This document shows, one piece after another, positions 30,510 through 39,796 of a stretch of 64,000 nucleotides of DNA. The position numbers and the translations under genes were made by a program. Position 1 is the first letter of the stretch; every line of letters starts with the position of its first letter. The stretch is taken from the NCBI GenBank assembly GCA_030765185.1, contig JAVCDE010000003.1, positions 128,038-192,037 on the forward strand, given 5' to 3'. This DNA comes from Candidatus Aceula meridiana (GTDB taxonomy: Bacteria > Omnitrophota > Gorgyraeia > Zapsychrales > Aceulaceae). The notes under the pieces were generated by a model that was given only the letters and a program-made list of their open reading frames with translations, was not told the DNA's origin and searched no databases.

Positions 30510-30866
30510 ATGTTTCTTTCCGATCAGAATCAATCTGAAAGACGTATACATCAAAGATTTAATTTTAAGGAGCCGGTTTCTTTCCGTTTTCCTGATACGG
30601 AGGAGTCTGGCGGATGCCTAGGACAAGACATCAGCGAGGGAGGCTTAAGGATTACTTTTAATCATTTTGTTCGCCCGCGCACTCAGGTCTCCTTAAATTT
30701 TCGTCTCAAGGAAGATTTTGATCCGCTTGAAACAGAGGCTAAAGTAGCATGGGCGCACCGTGTTCCATGTTCCGACAGATATCAGCTTGGAATTGAGTTT
30801 GAGAATAAAGGTACGCAAAGTCAGGATAGTATCCGCCAATACATTAAATCAAATCGCGTACGATAA
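30510..30866 (+). CDS. PilZ-domain c-di-GMP binding protein
   Basis: RxxxR (RRIHQR) and DxSxGG (DISEGGLRI) PilZ motifs. Confidence 0.7.
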   Translation: MFLSDQNQSERRIHQRFNFKEPVSFRFPDTEESGGCLGQDISEGGLRITFNHFVRPRTQVSLNFRLKEDFDPLETEAKVAWAHRVPCSDRYQLGIEFENKGTQSQDSIRQYIKSNRVR

Positions 30867-30930
30867 TCCCATCATTTTATCCAATTTAAGAATATATTGT
30901 TTTATTAGTAGAAAGGAGTAAAATTATATC

Positions 30931-31143
30931 ATGGCTAGAGGAAAAGCAAACGAAGAAGAGTTAAAAAACTGTCCAGCGTGCAAAAAGCACCTAAGCAGGG
31001 CCAAGCGCTATTATCGAAATGAAAAATATTTTTGTAATAAAAATTGCTGGCTAACTACTAAGAAAAAAGCCGATGAAGCTGTTGCCCAAGCTGCTGCTGA
31101 AGCTGCTGAAGCTGCCAAAACAAGCGAAGAAGCCAAGGCTTAA
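30931..31143 (+). CDS. YHS/TRASH-like zinc-ribbon small protein with Ala/Glu-rich tail
   Basis: CPACKK...YYRNEKYFCNKNC matches the YHS/TRASH metal-binding pattern (C-P-x-C...YYFC-x2-C). Confidence 0.45.
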   Translation: MARGKANEEELKNCPACKKHLSRAKRYYRNEKYFCNKNCWLTTKKKADEAVAQAAAEAAEAAKTSEEAKA

Positions 31144-31159
31144 GAAGGAGTAAACCGTT

Positions 31160-31546
31160 TTGATTATGCACGCTGATGAAAGACGTCGAAGCCCCCGCAT
31201 TGATAACAATATTCCCTTAAAGATTTCTCTGGAGGATTTTGATATTGTTACCGAGAGTAAGAACTTAAGCGCCTCCGGCGCTTATTGCATCGTGGATAAA
31301 GAGCTAGCTCCAATGACAAAACTTAAACTTCAGCTTTTGATCCCGTCAAAAAAGAAAGCTAAGACTACTGTTAAAAAGGTTTGTTGTGAGGGAGTTGTTG
31401 TACGCGTCAAACCTCTTCCAAGCCAGGAGCGCTTTAGCGTGGCTATTTACTTCAGCAGTATCCAGGAGAAAGACAAAAAGTGCATTACGCAATATGTTGA
31501 AACTTTATTGAAAACTAAGCCCCAGCAGGAGTGGAGTGCTTTTTAA
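31160..31546 (+). CDS. PilZ-domain c-di-GMP binding protein
   Basis: RxxxR (RRRSPR) and NxSxxG (NLSASGA) PilZ motifs. Confidence 0.7.
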   Translation: MIMHADERRRSPRIDNNIPLKISLEDFDIVTESKNLSASGAYCIVDKELAPMTKLKLQLLIPSKKKAKTTVKKVCCEGVVVRVKPLPSQERFSVAIYFSSIQEKDKKCITQYVETLLKTKPQQEWSAF

Positions 31547-31576
31547 AGGCGAGCTTGCCGCATCCGGAGAATTTTC

Positions 31577-31738
31577 ATGGAAAATGCAATGACAATTACA
31601 GTTTCACCGTTACAGGCGTTTCTTTCGGTCGCCTTTCAGGCCTGGATTATTATTTTTCCAATCATCATTATTAAAAAGCTTAATCGCCTGACAGCGTTAT
31701 TTGAAGAAGAAGCCGAAGAAGGTCCTGCAGACTCTTAA
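31577..31738 (+). CDS. Putative 53-aa membrane micropeptide (not in the ORF track)
   Basis: ATG-initiated ORF MENAMTITVSPLQAFLSVAFQAWIIIFPIIIIKKLNRLTALFEEEAEEGPADS with one hydrophobic helix and an acidic tail. Confidence 0.3.
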   Translation: MENAMTITVSPLQAFLSVAFQAWIIIFPIIIIKKLNRLTALFEEEAEEGPADS

Positions 31739-31766
31739 TCTCGATTATCCTTAAAACTTCCTTAAA

Positions 31767-32450
31767 GTGAGCATGATCGCACAACCAAGGCACAGTAAAA
31801 AGTCTGTCGAAATTTTATTCGAAGATTCCTGGTATCTCATTGTTAATAAGCCAGCCGGTTTGGTTGTTATCCCGACGCCCCACAAAGAAGAACGAACGCT
31901 CACAACTCTTGTTAATCAACAACATGCCTATCCGGAAAAAGGTAGGCTTCATCCATGCCATCGGCTTGACCGTGACACCTCAGGGGTTATCGTTTTTGCT
32001 TATGGCAAGAAGAATCAAAAATTGCTCATGGATGTTTTTCAGGGGCGTTTGGTTAAAAAGAAATATATCGCTTTTGTTCATGGCAAGATGAAAAAGAATT
32101 CCGGCCGCTTAGAAGGCGCTATTGTCAGTTATGATTCTATGAAGTATCATAAACGGCCTAAGTCAAAGTGGGCACTTTCTACGTATACAGTTCAACGCTT
32201 GATGAAGAATTTTAGCGTTGTCGAGGTTGACCTTATGACCGGGCGCACAAACCAGATTCGTATTCAATTTTCTCAAATAGGACATCCACTTTTAGGAGAA
32301 CGTAAATATGCCTTTGCCAAGGATTACAACTTAAAGTTTCGCCGTACAGCTTTGCATGCCCACCAAATAAGCTTTAGACACCCTGTAACAAAAAAAAGTA
32401 TTGAAATTCAGGCGCCTTTATCGGATGATATGGAGAAACTATTAAGCTAA
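31767..32450 (+). CDS. RluA-family pseudouridine synthase
   Basis: Catalytic motif HRLDRDTSGVIVFA. The alternative start ATG at 31773 is possible. Confidence 0.75.
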   Translation: MSMIAQPRHSKKSVEILFEDSWYLIVNKPAGLVVIPTPHKEERTLTTLVNQQHAYPEKGRLHPCHRLDRDTSGVIVFAYGKKNQKLLMDVFQGRLVKKKYIAFVHGKMKKNSGRLEGAIVSYDSMKYHKRPKSKWALSTYTVQRLMKNFSVVEVDLMTGRTNQIRIQFSQIGHPLLGERKYAFAKDYNLKFRRTALHAHQISFRHPVTKKSIEIQAPLSDDMEKLLS

Positions 32451-32464
32451 GAAAGGCTATAAAA

Positions 32465-32779
32465 ATGATTGATGCTGGATTTGAGAATAAAACATTGTCT
32501 GAGCTGACTGAAGCTTGCCACAAAATTGCTGTAGAAAAGGGGTTTTGGGATGAAAAGCGCAACATGGGTGAAGCATTGATGCTCGTTGTTACTGAGCTTG
32601 CCGAGGCTATGGAATCTTACCGCAAGCAAGAGGATGAAAATTTTAAGGAAGAGATAGCGGATACTTTTATTCGTCTTTTTGATTTGTGTGGTGGCTTAAG
32701 CATCGATATCGCTCACGAAATTGCTAAAAAAGCCGCAAAGAATAAAACACGTCCTTATAAGCACGGAAAAATTTGTTAA
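32465..32779 (+). CDS. MazG-like nucleotide pyrophosphohydrolase domain protein
   Basis: EALMLVVTELAEAMES...EIADTFIRLFDL matches the MazG EExxE/D helical motif. Confidence 0.6.
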   Translation: MIDAGFENKTLSELTEACHKIAVEKGFWDEKRNMGEALMLVVTELAEAMESYRKQEDENFKEEIADTFIRLFDLCGGLSIDIAHEIAKKAAKNKTRPYKHGKIC

Positions 32780-32870
32780 TGAGCCTGCTACCGTTTTAAT
32801 GGTGAGGCGAATTTACCCTTGGTGGCTTTGCCAAGGGTAAAGGCAAGAACTAAACAAGAAAGGAAGCAAT

Positions 32871-33338
32871 ATGAAATATACTAAATATGTTATCGTTTTA
32901 TTATCTTTCGCCATTTTTTTTACAGGTTGCGTCACGGTTAAAATGCCTCAGTATCTTCAAGCAGAAAATCCTTATAGCAAACAATTTTTAGCTGATTATG
33001 ATAAAACACTTGATGCAACTTTCAAGGTTTTGAAAAAGTTTGGATGGACTGTTGCTAAGCAATCCAGCCCTCTTGCCTTTGAGCAGGAGACAGCTGTGCC
33101 GGATAAAGACAAGAAGCAGGTTTTGATTTTTACAAATGTTAAGCAAAAGGCTATGTTTTTAAGTTCGCGCTATATGTCCTTGAACATTGTGCTAAAGGAA
33201 AATAAGCAAAATACAGATGTAGAAATTCGTTATTTCTCTATTCTTTCAACCGCATTTAAGAATTTTGAAACCTATAAAAACGATAAATTTGTGGAGCGCA
33301 TTTTTAAAGGAATTGCCACAGAACTATCGGGCACATAG
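32871..33338 (+). CDS. Putative lipoprotein of unknown function
   Basis: Signal peptide with lipobox (FFTGC). No recognisable domain. Confidence 0.45.
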   Translation: MKYTKYVIVLLSFAIFFTGCVTVKMPQYLQAENPYSKQFLADYDKTLDATFKVLKKFGWTVAKQSSPLAFEQETAVPDKDKKQVLIFTNVKQKAMFLSSRYMSLNIVLKENKQNTDVEIRYFSILSTAFKNFETYKNDKFVERIFKGIATELSGT

Positions 33339-33351
33339 TTAGCTTTAAGGG

Positions 33352-35334
33352 ATGGAGAAATTTGTCTTAAAAAGTCCATTTCGTCTGGTTGCCGAACAGC
33401 AAAAGGCAACCGTGACGATTGCTGAAAATATTCAAAAAGATGCCTCTTCTCAGATTTTGCTTGGAGTAACCGGTAGCGGTAAAACCTTTACCCTTGCTAA
33501 TGTTATCGAGAAGGTCAACCGTCCAGCTCTCATCATTTCCCACAACAAGACTTTAGCGGCTCAACTTTATGGCGAGTTTAAAGAATTCTTTCCAAATAAT
33601 GCCGTTGAATATTTTGTCAGCTATTATGATTATTATCAACCTGAGGCGTATATCCCGCAGACAGATGTTTATATCGAAAAAGATGCCTCGATTAATGATC
33701 AGCTCGACCAGCTAAGGCTATCTGCGACGACATCTTTGATGAGCCGACGCGACGTGATTATCGTTGCCAGTGTTTCGTGCATTTATAATTTAGGTTCCCC
33801 GGAGGACTATAAAGAGCAATTACTTTGCCTTACAAAAGGACAAGTGATTGATCGCGATGAAGCCTTGCATCAGCTTTTAAATATTCAATACGAGCGAAAT
33901 GATTATGATTTTAAGCGCGGAACATTCCGCGTGAGAGGTGATGTTGTTGAAATTTTTCCGGCATATCGTAAAGATGCCATTCGTGTTCAATTTTTTGATG
34001 ATCAGATTGAGAAAGTTTCGCAAATAGATCCTATTAGTGCAAAGGAAATTTGCACGTTTGAAAAGATTGCAATTTATCCGGCTAAGCATTTCATTATGTC
34101 TCCTGATACAGTTGAGAAAGGGATTGAATCCATAGAGCGTGAACTCGACGTTCATATCAAATTCTTAAAGGACAAGGGTAAACTTTTAGAAGCTCAGCGG
34201 TTGGAGTCTCGTACCCGTTATGACATGGAAATGCTTAGAGAAGTTGGTTATTGTCATGGGATTGAAAATTATTCACGATCTTTATCCGGAAGACCTACAG
34301 GCAGCCGTCCGTACACGCTTTTAGATTATTTTCCGAAAGATTTCTTAACTATTATTGACGAGTCTCATGTAACAGTTCCTCAGCTTAACGGCATGTACGA
34401 AGGCGACCGCTCTCGCAAAAAAACTTTAGTTGAACACGGGTTTAGGCTGCCATCTTGTTTAGACAATAGACCTTTAAAATTTGATGAATTTTTGTCAGTT
34501 ATCGGACAGAAAATTTTTGCCTCAGCTACCCCCGGACCCTTTGAGAGGGAAGAAAGCAAAGACCACATCACTGAGCAAATTATTCGACCGACTGGAATTG
34601 TTGACCCACCTATAGAAGTAAGGCCTACTAATGGGCAAATTGAAGATTTGGTTGAAGAAGTAAAAAAACGTGCAAGGAAAAATGAAAGAACACTGGTCAC
34701 GACATTAACAAAGCGTATGGCTGAAGACCTATCGGCCTATTTAGAAAAAAAAGGCATTAAAGTTAAATATGTTCATTGTGATATCGAAACCATTGACCGC
34801 GTTAAAATTTTACAGAATTTGCGTTTAAAAAAATTTGACTGTTTAGTCGGAGTTAATCTGTTGCGTGAGGGCCTAGACCTTCCCGAAGTGTCTTTGGTTG
34901 CTATTTTAGATGCGGATAAAGAAGGATTCTTGCGGTCGCAGACATCGCTTATTCAAGTTTCAGGACGGGCCGCCCGCAACTTAAACGGCATGGTTATTAT
35001 GTACGCGGACAAAACCTCGAAAGCGATGAGAGAAACGATAAAGGAATGTAATCGCCGCCGCAAGATTCAGTTCGCCTTTAATGAGAAATATAATATTACG
35101 CCTCGAACCATTGAGAAGGCCATTAAAGAGGGAATTGAGCGTTTAAGCAAGTCAGAAGAAATGCTAAAAGAAGTCGTAGGTCTAGGGGAGGAGTCGTATG
35201 AACTTGCGAATATGGTCTCAGGCCTAGAAAAAGAAATGGATTTAGCGGCCCGTAATTTGTTATTTGAAAAAGCCGCGGCCATTCGGGATAAAATCAAGGA
35301 GTTAAAACAATATGAAGCTAATTTCAAAAGATAG
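33352..35334 (+). CDS. uvrB: Excinuclease ABC subunit B
   Basis: Walker A GVTGSGKTFT, beta-hairpin region, helicase motifs and the C-terminal UVR domain (LFEKAAAIRDKIKELK). Confidence 0.95.
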   Translation: MEKFVLKSPFRLVAEQQKATVTIAENIQKDASSQILLGVTGSGKTFTLANVIEKVNRPALIISHNKTLAAQLYGEFKEFFPNNAVEYFVSYYDYYQPEAYIPQTDVYIEKDASINDQLDQLRLSATTSLMSRRDVIIVASVSCIYNLGSPEDYKEQLLCLTKGQVIDRDEALHQLLNIQYERNDYDFKRGTFRVRGDVVEIFPAYRKDAIRVQFFDDQIEKVSQIDPISAKEICTFEKIAIYPAKHFIMSPDTVEKGIESIERELDVHIKFLKDKGKLLEAQRLESRTRYDMEMLREVGYCHGIENYSRSLSGRPTGSRPYTLLDYFPKDFLTIIDESHVTVPQLNGMYEGDRSRKKTLVEHGFRLPSCLDNRPLKFDEFLSVIGQKIFASATPGPFEREESKDHITEQIIRPTGIVDPPIEVRPTNGQIEDLVEEVKKRARKNERTLVTTLTKRMAEDLSAYLEKKGIKVKYVHCDIETIDRVKILQNLRLKKFDCLVGVNLLREGLDLPEVSLVAILDADKEGFLRSQTSLIQVSGRAARNLNGMVIMYADKTSKAMRETIKECNRRRKIQFAFNEKYNITPRTIEKAIKEGIERLSKSEEMLKEVVGLGEESYELANMVSGLEKEMDLAARNLLFEKAAAIRDKIKELKQYEANFKR

Positions 35335-37048
35335 CAACTTAACAGTATTTTTAATTTTAGGCATTGTTGTTTTTGCTATTTTTGGCAATGCGTTCTTTAA
35401 TAATTTTGCGTATGATGACCACTACCTTATTTTAGAGAATGAATATATTCATGATTTTTCTCATCTTAAGGAAATATTTTTTAGCGACGTCACTCAGGCG
35501 ACGCCTCTTCAAAAGGCAAGCGGGTATTATCGACCTGTTGCGATGGTGTACTTAGTTGGTCTTTATAGCCTTCTTGGACTTAATTCTTTTGCCCTTCACC
35601 TGAGCAATGTTCTTTTGCATCTTTTAAATAGTTTTCTTGTTTTTCTTCTTGTGGATGCCATAACCAAAAAAAGAAGGGTCGCATTTTTATCTTCGCTTAT
35701 TTTTGCCGTACATCCGATTCATGTTGAGGCGGTGGCGCCTATTTTTAATTATATGGGAATTCTGGCTTCTATGTTTTCCTTGGCATCTTTTTTGATGTTT
35801 GTTAAAAGCGATGGGTTAAAAAAGAAGCACTACGCGACAGGGGCCGTTATTTTGTTTTTCTTAGCTCTTTTTTCAAAGGAAGAGGCCATTGTTCTTCCTG
35901 TGGTCTATATGCTGTATGATTTCTTTTTTGTTTTTCGGTTTTCATTTAAAGATTTCTGTCGATCAAGTTCTCGTTATCTTTGGTTTTTGTTAGTTGCCGT
36001 TTTGTATCTTTTTGCGCGTTCACAACTTATTGAAAAGCCCGCAGCGTTTGGATTCTGGGACCTCAATCTTAATATGAACGTAGCAGCTGAGCCCAATTTG
36101 TTTTTGCATCTTGTTTCGGTTATATGTATTTTCGCCAAGTATCTTGGACTTTTTGTTGTCCCGATTAAATTAACAGCATTTTATCTTTTGCCTACGGTTG
36201 CAGCAATCGGCGGTGTTACAATCTTTATAAGCATCTTTGTTGTCTTTGGGCTATTGTCTTGCGCAATATTTTTTGCAAAAAAAATACCCGTAGTATCATT
36301 TTTTATTTGGTTTTTCTTTTTAAGCAGTTTTTTAATTTCAAATATTATTCCTATCGGCGGGCTTTTTGCTGAGCGGTTTATGTATTTTCCATCTGTTGCC
36401 TATTGCGTATTATTCGCGATTGCATTCTTTTATTTTTTTGATAAATTACGCAGCCCGCGCATGCGAAGCGCGAGATTCTTGCTCCAGATTGTTTTGGGTA
36501 TTGTGATTGTTCTTTATGCTCAGAAAACGGTGACACGCAATTATGTTTGGAGAAATGATGTCACGCTTTGGGCGGACACCAAGAAGAAAACTCCACGCAG
36601 TTCCATTGTCCGTATTTTTTACGCGGATGCTCTTTATATGTATGAAATCTTTGATAAGGCGGTTGAGCAATATCGGATTGCCCTAGAGTATCCTGGAGTG
36701 CCAGCCTCTCGAATGCATAATGCTATTGGAAAGGTTTATGGTAGACGTAACCAATATGATAAAGCGATTATCGAATTTAAAAAAGCGCTTGAGGCAAACC
36801 CTTTAGGCATTGAGACTCATTATAATTTAGGAATCAGTTATCTTTTTAAAGGCCAGACTGACATCGCCCTTGAATATTTCCAGAGAGGTAGAACTATAGA
36901 CAATAATTATTCTTGGATTTATTATGGAATGGGGATGGCCTATGAGAAAAAAGGGGAACTAGCTGTTGCTAGACCGTTTTACCAAAGAGCTTTTGATCTT
37001 AACCCTAATCATAAAGAAACTGTTGATGCATTAGAAAGGTTAAAATGA
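35312..37048 (+). CDS. GT-C-type (PMT/ArnT-like) polytopic membrane protein with C-terminal TPR repeats
   Basis: Multiple N-terminal TM helices with a GT39-like DD/DE region (AYDDHY), then TPR repeats (AIGKVYGRRNQYDKAIIEFKKALEANP...). Confidence 0.5.
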   Translation: MKLISKDSNLTVFLILGIVVFAIFGNAFFNNFAYDDHYLILENEYIHDFSHLKEIFFSDVTQATPLQKASGYYRPVAMVYLVGLYSLLGLNSFALHLSNVLLHLLNSFLVFLLVDAITKKRRVAFLSSLIFAVHPIHVEAVAPIFNYMGILASMFSLASFLMFVKSDGLKKKHYATGAVILFFLALFSKEEAIVLPVVYMLYDFFFVFRFSFKDFCRSSSRYLWFLLVAVLYLFARSQLIEKPAAFGFWDLNLNMNVAAEPNLFLHLVSVICIFAKYLGLFVVPIKLTAFYLLPTVAAIGGVTIFISIFVVFGLLSCAIFFAKKIPVVSFFIWFFFLSSFLISNIIPIGGLFAERFMYFPSVAYCVLFAIAFFYFFDKLRSPRMRSARFLLQIVLGIVIVLYAQKTVTRNYVWRNDVTLWADTKKKTPRSSIVRIFYADALYMYEIFDKAVEQYRIALEYPGVPASRMHNAIGKVYGRRNQYDKAIIEFKKALEANPLGIETHYNLGISYLFKGQTDIALEYFQRGRTIDNNYSWIYYGMGMAYEKKGELAVARPFYQRAFDLNPNHKETVDALERLK

Positions 37049-37800
37049 AAACATTGTTAGCGATTGATATTGGAAATACAAATGTTTCTTTCGCAAGTGT
37101 TAAGGGCAAAGAAATTATTAAGCGTTCATGTGTTTCAACAAGTCTGCCTCAAAAGCAATTTAAAGACACGATCGCTCAGCAGATTGTTCAGGCGAAACGA
37201 AAAGGAACAAGCGAAAGCATTGTATGTAGCGTTGCCCCAAAGACGCTTAATTGCGTCAAAAGCTTTATTCGCAGGGAATTGGGTAGTGAGCCTTTAATTG
37301 TTGGAAAGAATATCAAAGTTCCTTTGATAAGCCGTTATCATAAAAAACAAATCGGTCAAGATAGGCTTGTTTGCGCTTATGCTGCTCAAGAACTTTACGG
37401 TAAGCCTTTGATTGTAATTGATTTGGGAACAGCCGTCACTTGTGATTATATTTCCAAAAAGGGAGATTATGAGGGAGGGATCATTGTCCCGGGTTTGCGT
37501 CTTTCCGCGGAGTCACTTTTTAAGAAAACAGCACTTTTGCCTGATGTAAATATTGAACGCCCCGCAAAACTCATCGGCCAAGATACTAAAACAAGTATTT
37601 TAAGTGGAATTTTTTATGGCTACGGGGCTTTATTGGATGGGATTATTGCGCGCATTCATCGTCAAAAGAAAAACCGCGCTAAAGTAATTTTAACCGGCGG
37701 CTATGCACGATTAATGAAAAGCTACATGGATCACAAAGTTCATAAAATTGATGAAGACTTGGTTTTTAAAGGCCTGCGATTGTTAGCTGATAATTCTTAG
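37045..37800 (+). CDS. coaX: Type III pantothenate kinase
   Basis: N-terminus LLAIDIGNTNVSFA (ASKHA fold) and CoaX-like length. Confidence 0.8.
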   Translation: MKTLLAIDIGNTNVSFASVKGKEIIKRSCVSTSLPQKQFKDTIAQQIVQAKRKGTSESIVCSVAPKTLNCVKSFIRRELGSEPLIVGKNIKVPLISRYHKKQIGQDRLVCAYAAQELYGKPLIVIDLGTAVTCDYISKKGDYEGGIIVPGLRLSAESLFKKTALLPDVNIERPAKLIGQDTKTSILSGIFYGYGALLDGIIARIHRQKKNRAKVILTGGYARLMKSYMDHKVHKIDEDLVFKGLRLLADNS

Positions 37801-37806
37801 AATCAG

Positions 37807-39204
37807 TTAACTTCTCGGTATCTCAATCTGCACATCCTCAGAGTTTTGGATATACCACGACTTATCGGCATGTTTTAGAAAATAGGGCAAATCGCCTAAG
37901 ATAAAAATGTAGCAGATGATTATAAAAAGGATGATTTTTATTTTTTTTGGGACAAAATTTAACAAGAAATAAGAAAATAGAAAAACAATTAGGTAAATTA
38001 TTGGGAAGATATACCGTCCCTGCAAGCTTGCCTCAATAAAGAATGAATTTAGATAATGGGTTTTATAATTCAAGTGATAAAAAACGACCCATAAATAAGC
38101 CAAGACACTTAAGGCGCAATATGTCACAAAAGTATTCTTGATTCGAAAATTCCGTATTAAAAGAATAAGAAAAAGAATTAAGAGAATGTTATAAGACAAA
38201 AGCTCTCTAGAACTTCGAAACATAACCTTATGTCCAAAAATTCCCAGAGTTGTTTTTACGATTGCCATCCTCCAATAAAAGAAATAATCATAAGGGGCTA
38301 GAAAGAATTTTTTAGGGATTGTTTTCGCGTAGTTTTCTAAGTCCTTGATCGCTTTAAAATTTGGTTTTTCCATACATTGGTCTAGGGAGAGCACCTGCTC
38401 ACAGTCGGGAATCACATTTCTGTATCGAATCAGATTGGTCAAATATAGATTGGCGTTTAAACAAATAAGCACAAAAATGACAATTATCGCGGGGATTTGT
38501 TTTGGCCTTAATTTTAAACGGCTAAGAAAAGAAGCATGCGTATTCTTTTTATATGTTTTTATAAAGTCAATGACATAAAGAGCGGAAAAAATTAAAAGTA
38601 AAGGTAGGAAGGAATACTTAATTAGAGACCCTAAAAGTGATGTGATGGTAGCTTGGAGTAAATAGTTGCCTCGCCGTGTTTTAAAAAAAGAAAAAAGAAG
38701 ATAAAGCGAAGACACTGACAGAAGATTAGTAAGATTATCGTAGCTGACAAAAGCAGCTAAAAAAGAATACATGGGGATATTCGTTAAAACAACAATTCCT
38801 AAGAGGCTTGTTAGCTTGTCATGGGTAAGAAGGCGAAAAAGTTTAAAACTGATGATAACCGTCGCAATGCTCATAAAAATATGAATAATGCGCAAAAATA
38901 TAAGCGTGGGAACTGAAAAGATATTCAACAAAAGTAGTTTTCCCATGATCCAGAAATATAAATATGGCATTCCCATAAAGAAATATAAGTGCGGAGCCTG
39001 CAAAGACTCAGGAAGAATAAACCTTTGATGCTGAGAGTAGATAAGGCTTAGTTGAACGCGGTCAGTCTCATCCGGAGGAATCGTAGGGACAATGCTTGCG
39101 GCAAAAAAGCATAGACGCAAAGTAAAGTAAAATAAAATGATGCAAAAAAGGACAATATCCCAGTGCGGCAGCCTTTGTTCAAAGAAATTCTTGATGTTTT
39201 TCAT
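37807..39204 (-). CDS. GT-C-type (PMT/ArnT-like) polytopic membrane glycosyltransferase-like protein
   Basis: About 12 predicted TM helices with a periplasmic loop motif near the N-terminus (IPPDETDRV). Confidence 0.45.
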   Translation of the reverse strand: MKNIKNFFEQRLPHWDIVLFCIILFYFTLRLCFFAASIVPTIPPDETDRVQLSLIYSQHQRFILPESLQAPHLYFFMGMPYLYFWIMGKLLLLNIFSVPTLIFLRIIHIFMSIATVIISFKLFRLLTHDKLTSLLGIVVLTNIPMYSFLAAFVSYDNLTNLLSVSSLYLLFSFFKTRRGNYLLQATITSLLGSLIKYSFLPLLLIFSALYVIDFIKTYKKNTHASFLSRLKLRPKQIPAIIVIFVLICLNANLYLTNLIRYRNVIPDCEQVLSLDQCMEKPNFKAIKDLENYAKTIPKKFFLAPYDYFFYWRMAIVKTTLGIFGHKVMFRSSRELLSYNILLILFLILLIRNFRIKNTFVTYCALSVLAYLWVVFYHLNYKTHYLNSFFIEASLQGRYIFPIIYLIVFLFSYFLLNFVPKKIKIILFIIICYIFILGDLPYFLKHADKSWYIQNSEDVQIEIPRS

Positions 39205-39283
39205 GTGTTTGTATTATGGAGAAACGGCTTTGTTTGTCAAGTTTTTCGTTTTGAATTCTTGTTTTTTTAGATGAAAAATTTAC

Positions 39284-39312
39284 TTGACAAAGCATCTTCC
39301 CTGGGAGATAAT
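39284..39312 (+). promoter_or_regulatory. Sigma70-like promoter: TTGACA, 17-nt spacer, GATAAT
   Basis: Near-consensus -35 at 39284-39289 and -10 at 39307-39312. The -35 lies inside one arm of an imperfect inverted repeat (39226-39242 / 39282-39293). Confidence 0.5.
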
Positions 39313-39319
39313 TTTAGAG

Positions 39320-39381
39320 AGTTAAGAGGGACAAGATACTTAGACCGTGAGGTAGAAGGAACTGACCTCGCGGCTTTTTTT
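39320..39381 (+). ncRNA. Candidate ~60-nt small RNA or terminated cspA leader: promoter followed by an intrinsic terminator
   Basis: Downstream of the promoter, a hairpin CCGTGAGGT-(11 nt)-ACCTCGCGG with a T7 run (39345-39381) ends 60 nt before the cspA start. Confidence 0.3.
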
Positions 39382-39439
39382 ATATAAGTTAAAGATCTAC
39401 CGCATGACTCGAATTTTTTTGAAAGGAGGAACAGTACAA

Positions 39440-39640
39440 ATGGTTAAAGGAACAGTAAAATGGTTTAACAACCAAAAAGGTTATGGTTTTATTTCACCGG
39501 AAGAAGGCAAAGATGTTTTTGTGCATCATAGCGAAATTCAGGGTGATGGTTACAAATCTTTAGATGAAGGCCAAGCCGTTGAGTTTGAAATTACTCAAGG
39601 CCCTAAAGGTGAACAAGCCCAGAACGTCGTTAAGATATAA
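39440..39640 (+). CDS. cspA: Cold-shock protein CspA family
   Basis: [18 protein letters not shown]... carries the RNP1 and RNP2 motifs (KGYGFI, VFVHH). The true start is the ATG at 39440 with RBS AAAGGAGG; the ORF track begins at 39404. Confidence 0.9.
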   Translation: MVKGTVKWFNNQKGYGFISPEEGKDVFVHHSEIQGDGYKSLDEGQAVEFEITQGPKGEQAQNVVKI

Positions 39641-39668
39641 AATAAATTATCAGAACGAAATCAATAAA

Positions 39669-39712
39669 CCTCTAGCGATTCTTTTTTAGAATTGCTAGAG
39701 GTTTTTCTTTTT
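39669..39712 (+). terminator. Rho-independent terminator after cspA
   Basis: A 13-bp stem CCTCTAGCGATTC/GAATTGCTAGAGG (one G-U pair) followed by TTTTTCTTTTT. Confidence 0.8.
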
Positions 39713-39796
39713 GTGCGATGAAACTTTTTTTGAAAAAGGTCTGTCTAAAAGAGTGGCTGGCAAAATTCCAAAAATCATTTCTACTCAGGAGGGGAC

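Noticed and set aside
32815-32838. 8-bp hairpin ACCCTTGG...CCAAGGGT after the mazG-like gene as a terminator
   Set aside because: No U-tract follows. Kept only as a possible RNA structure, not called.
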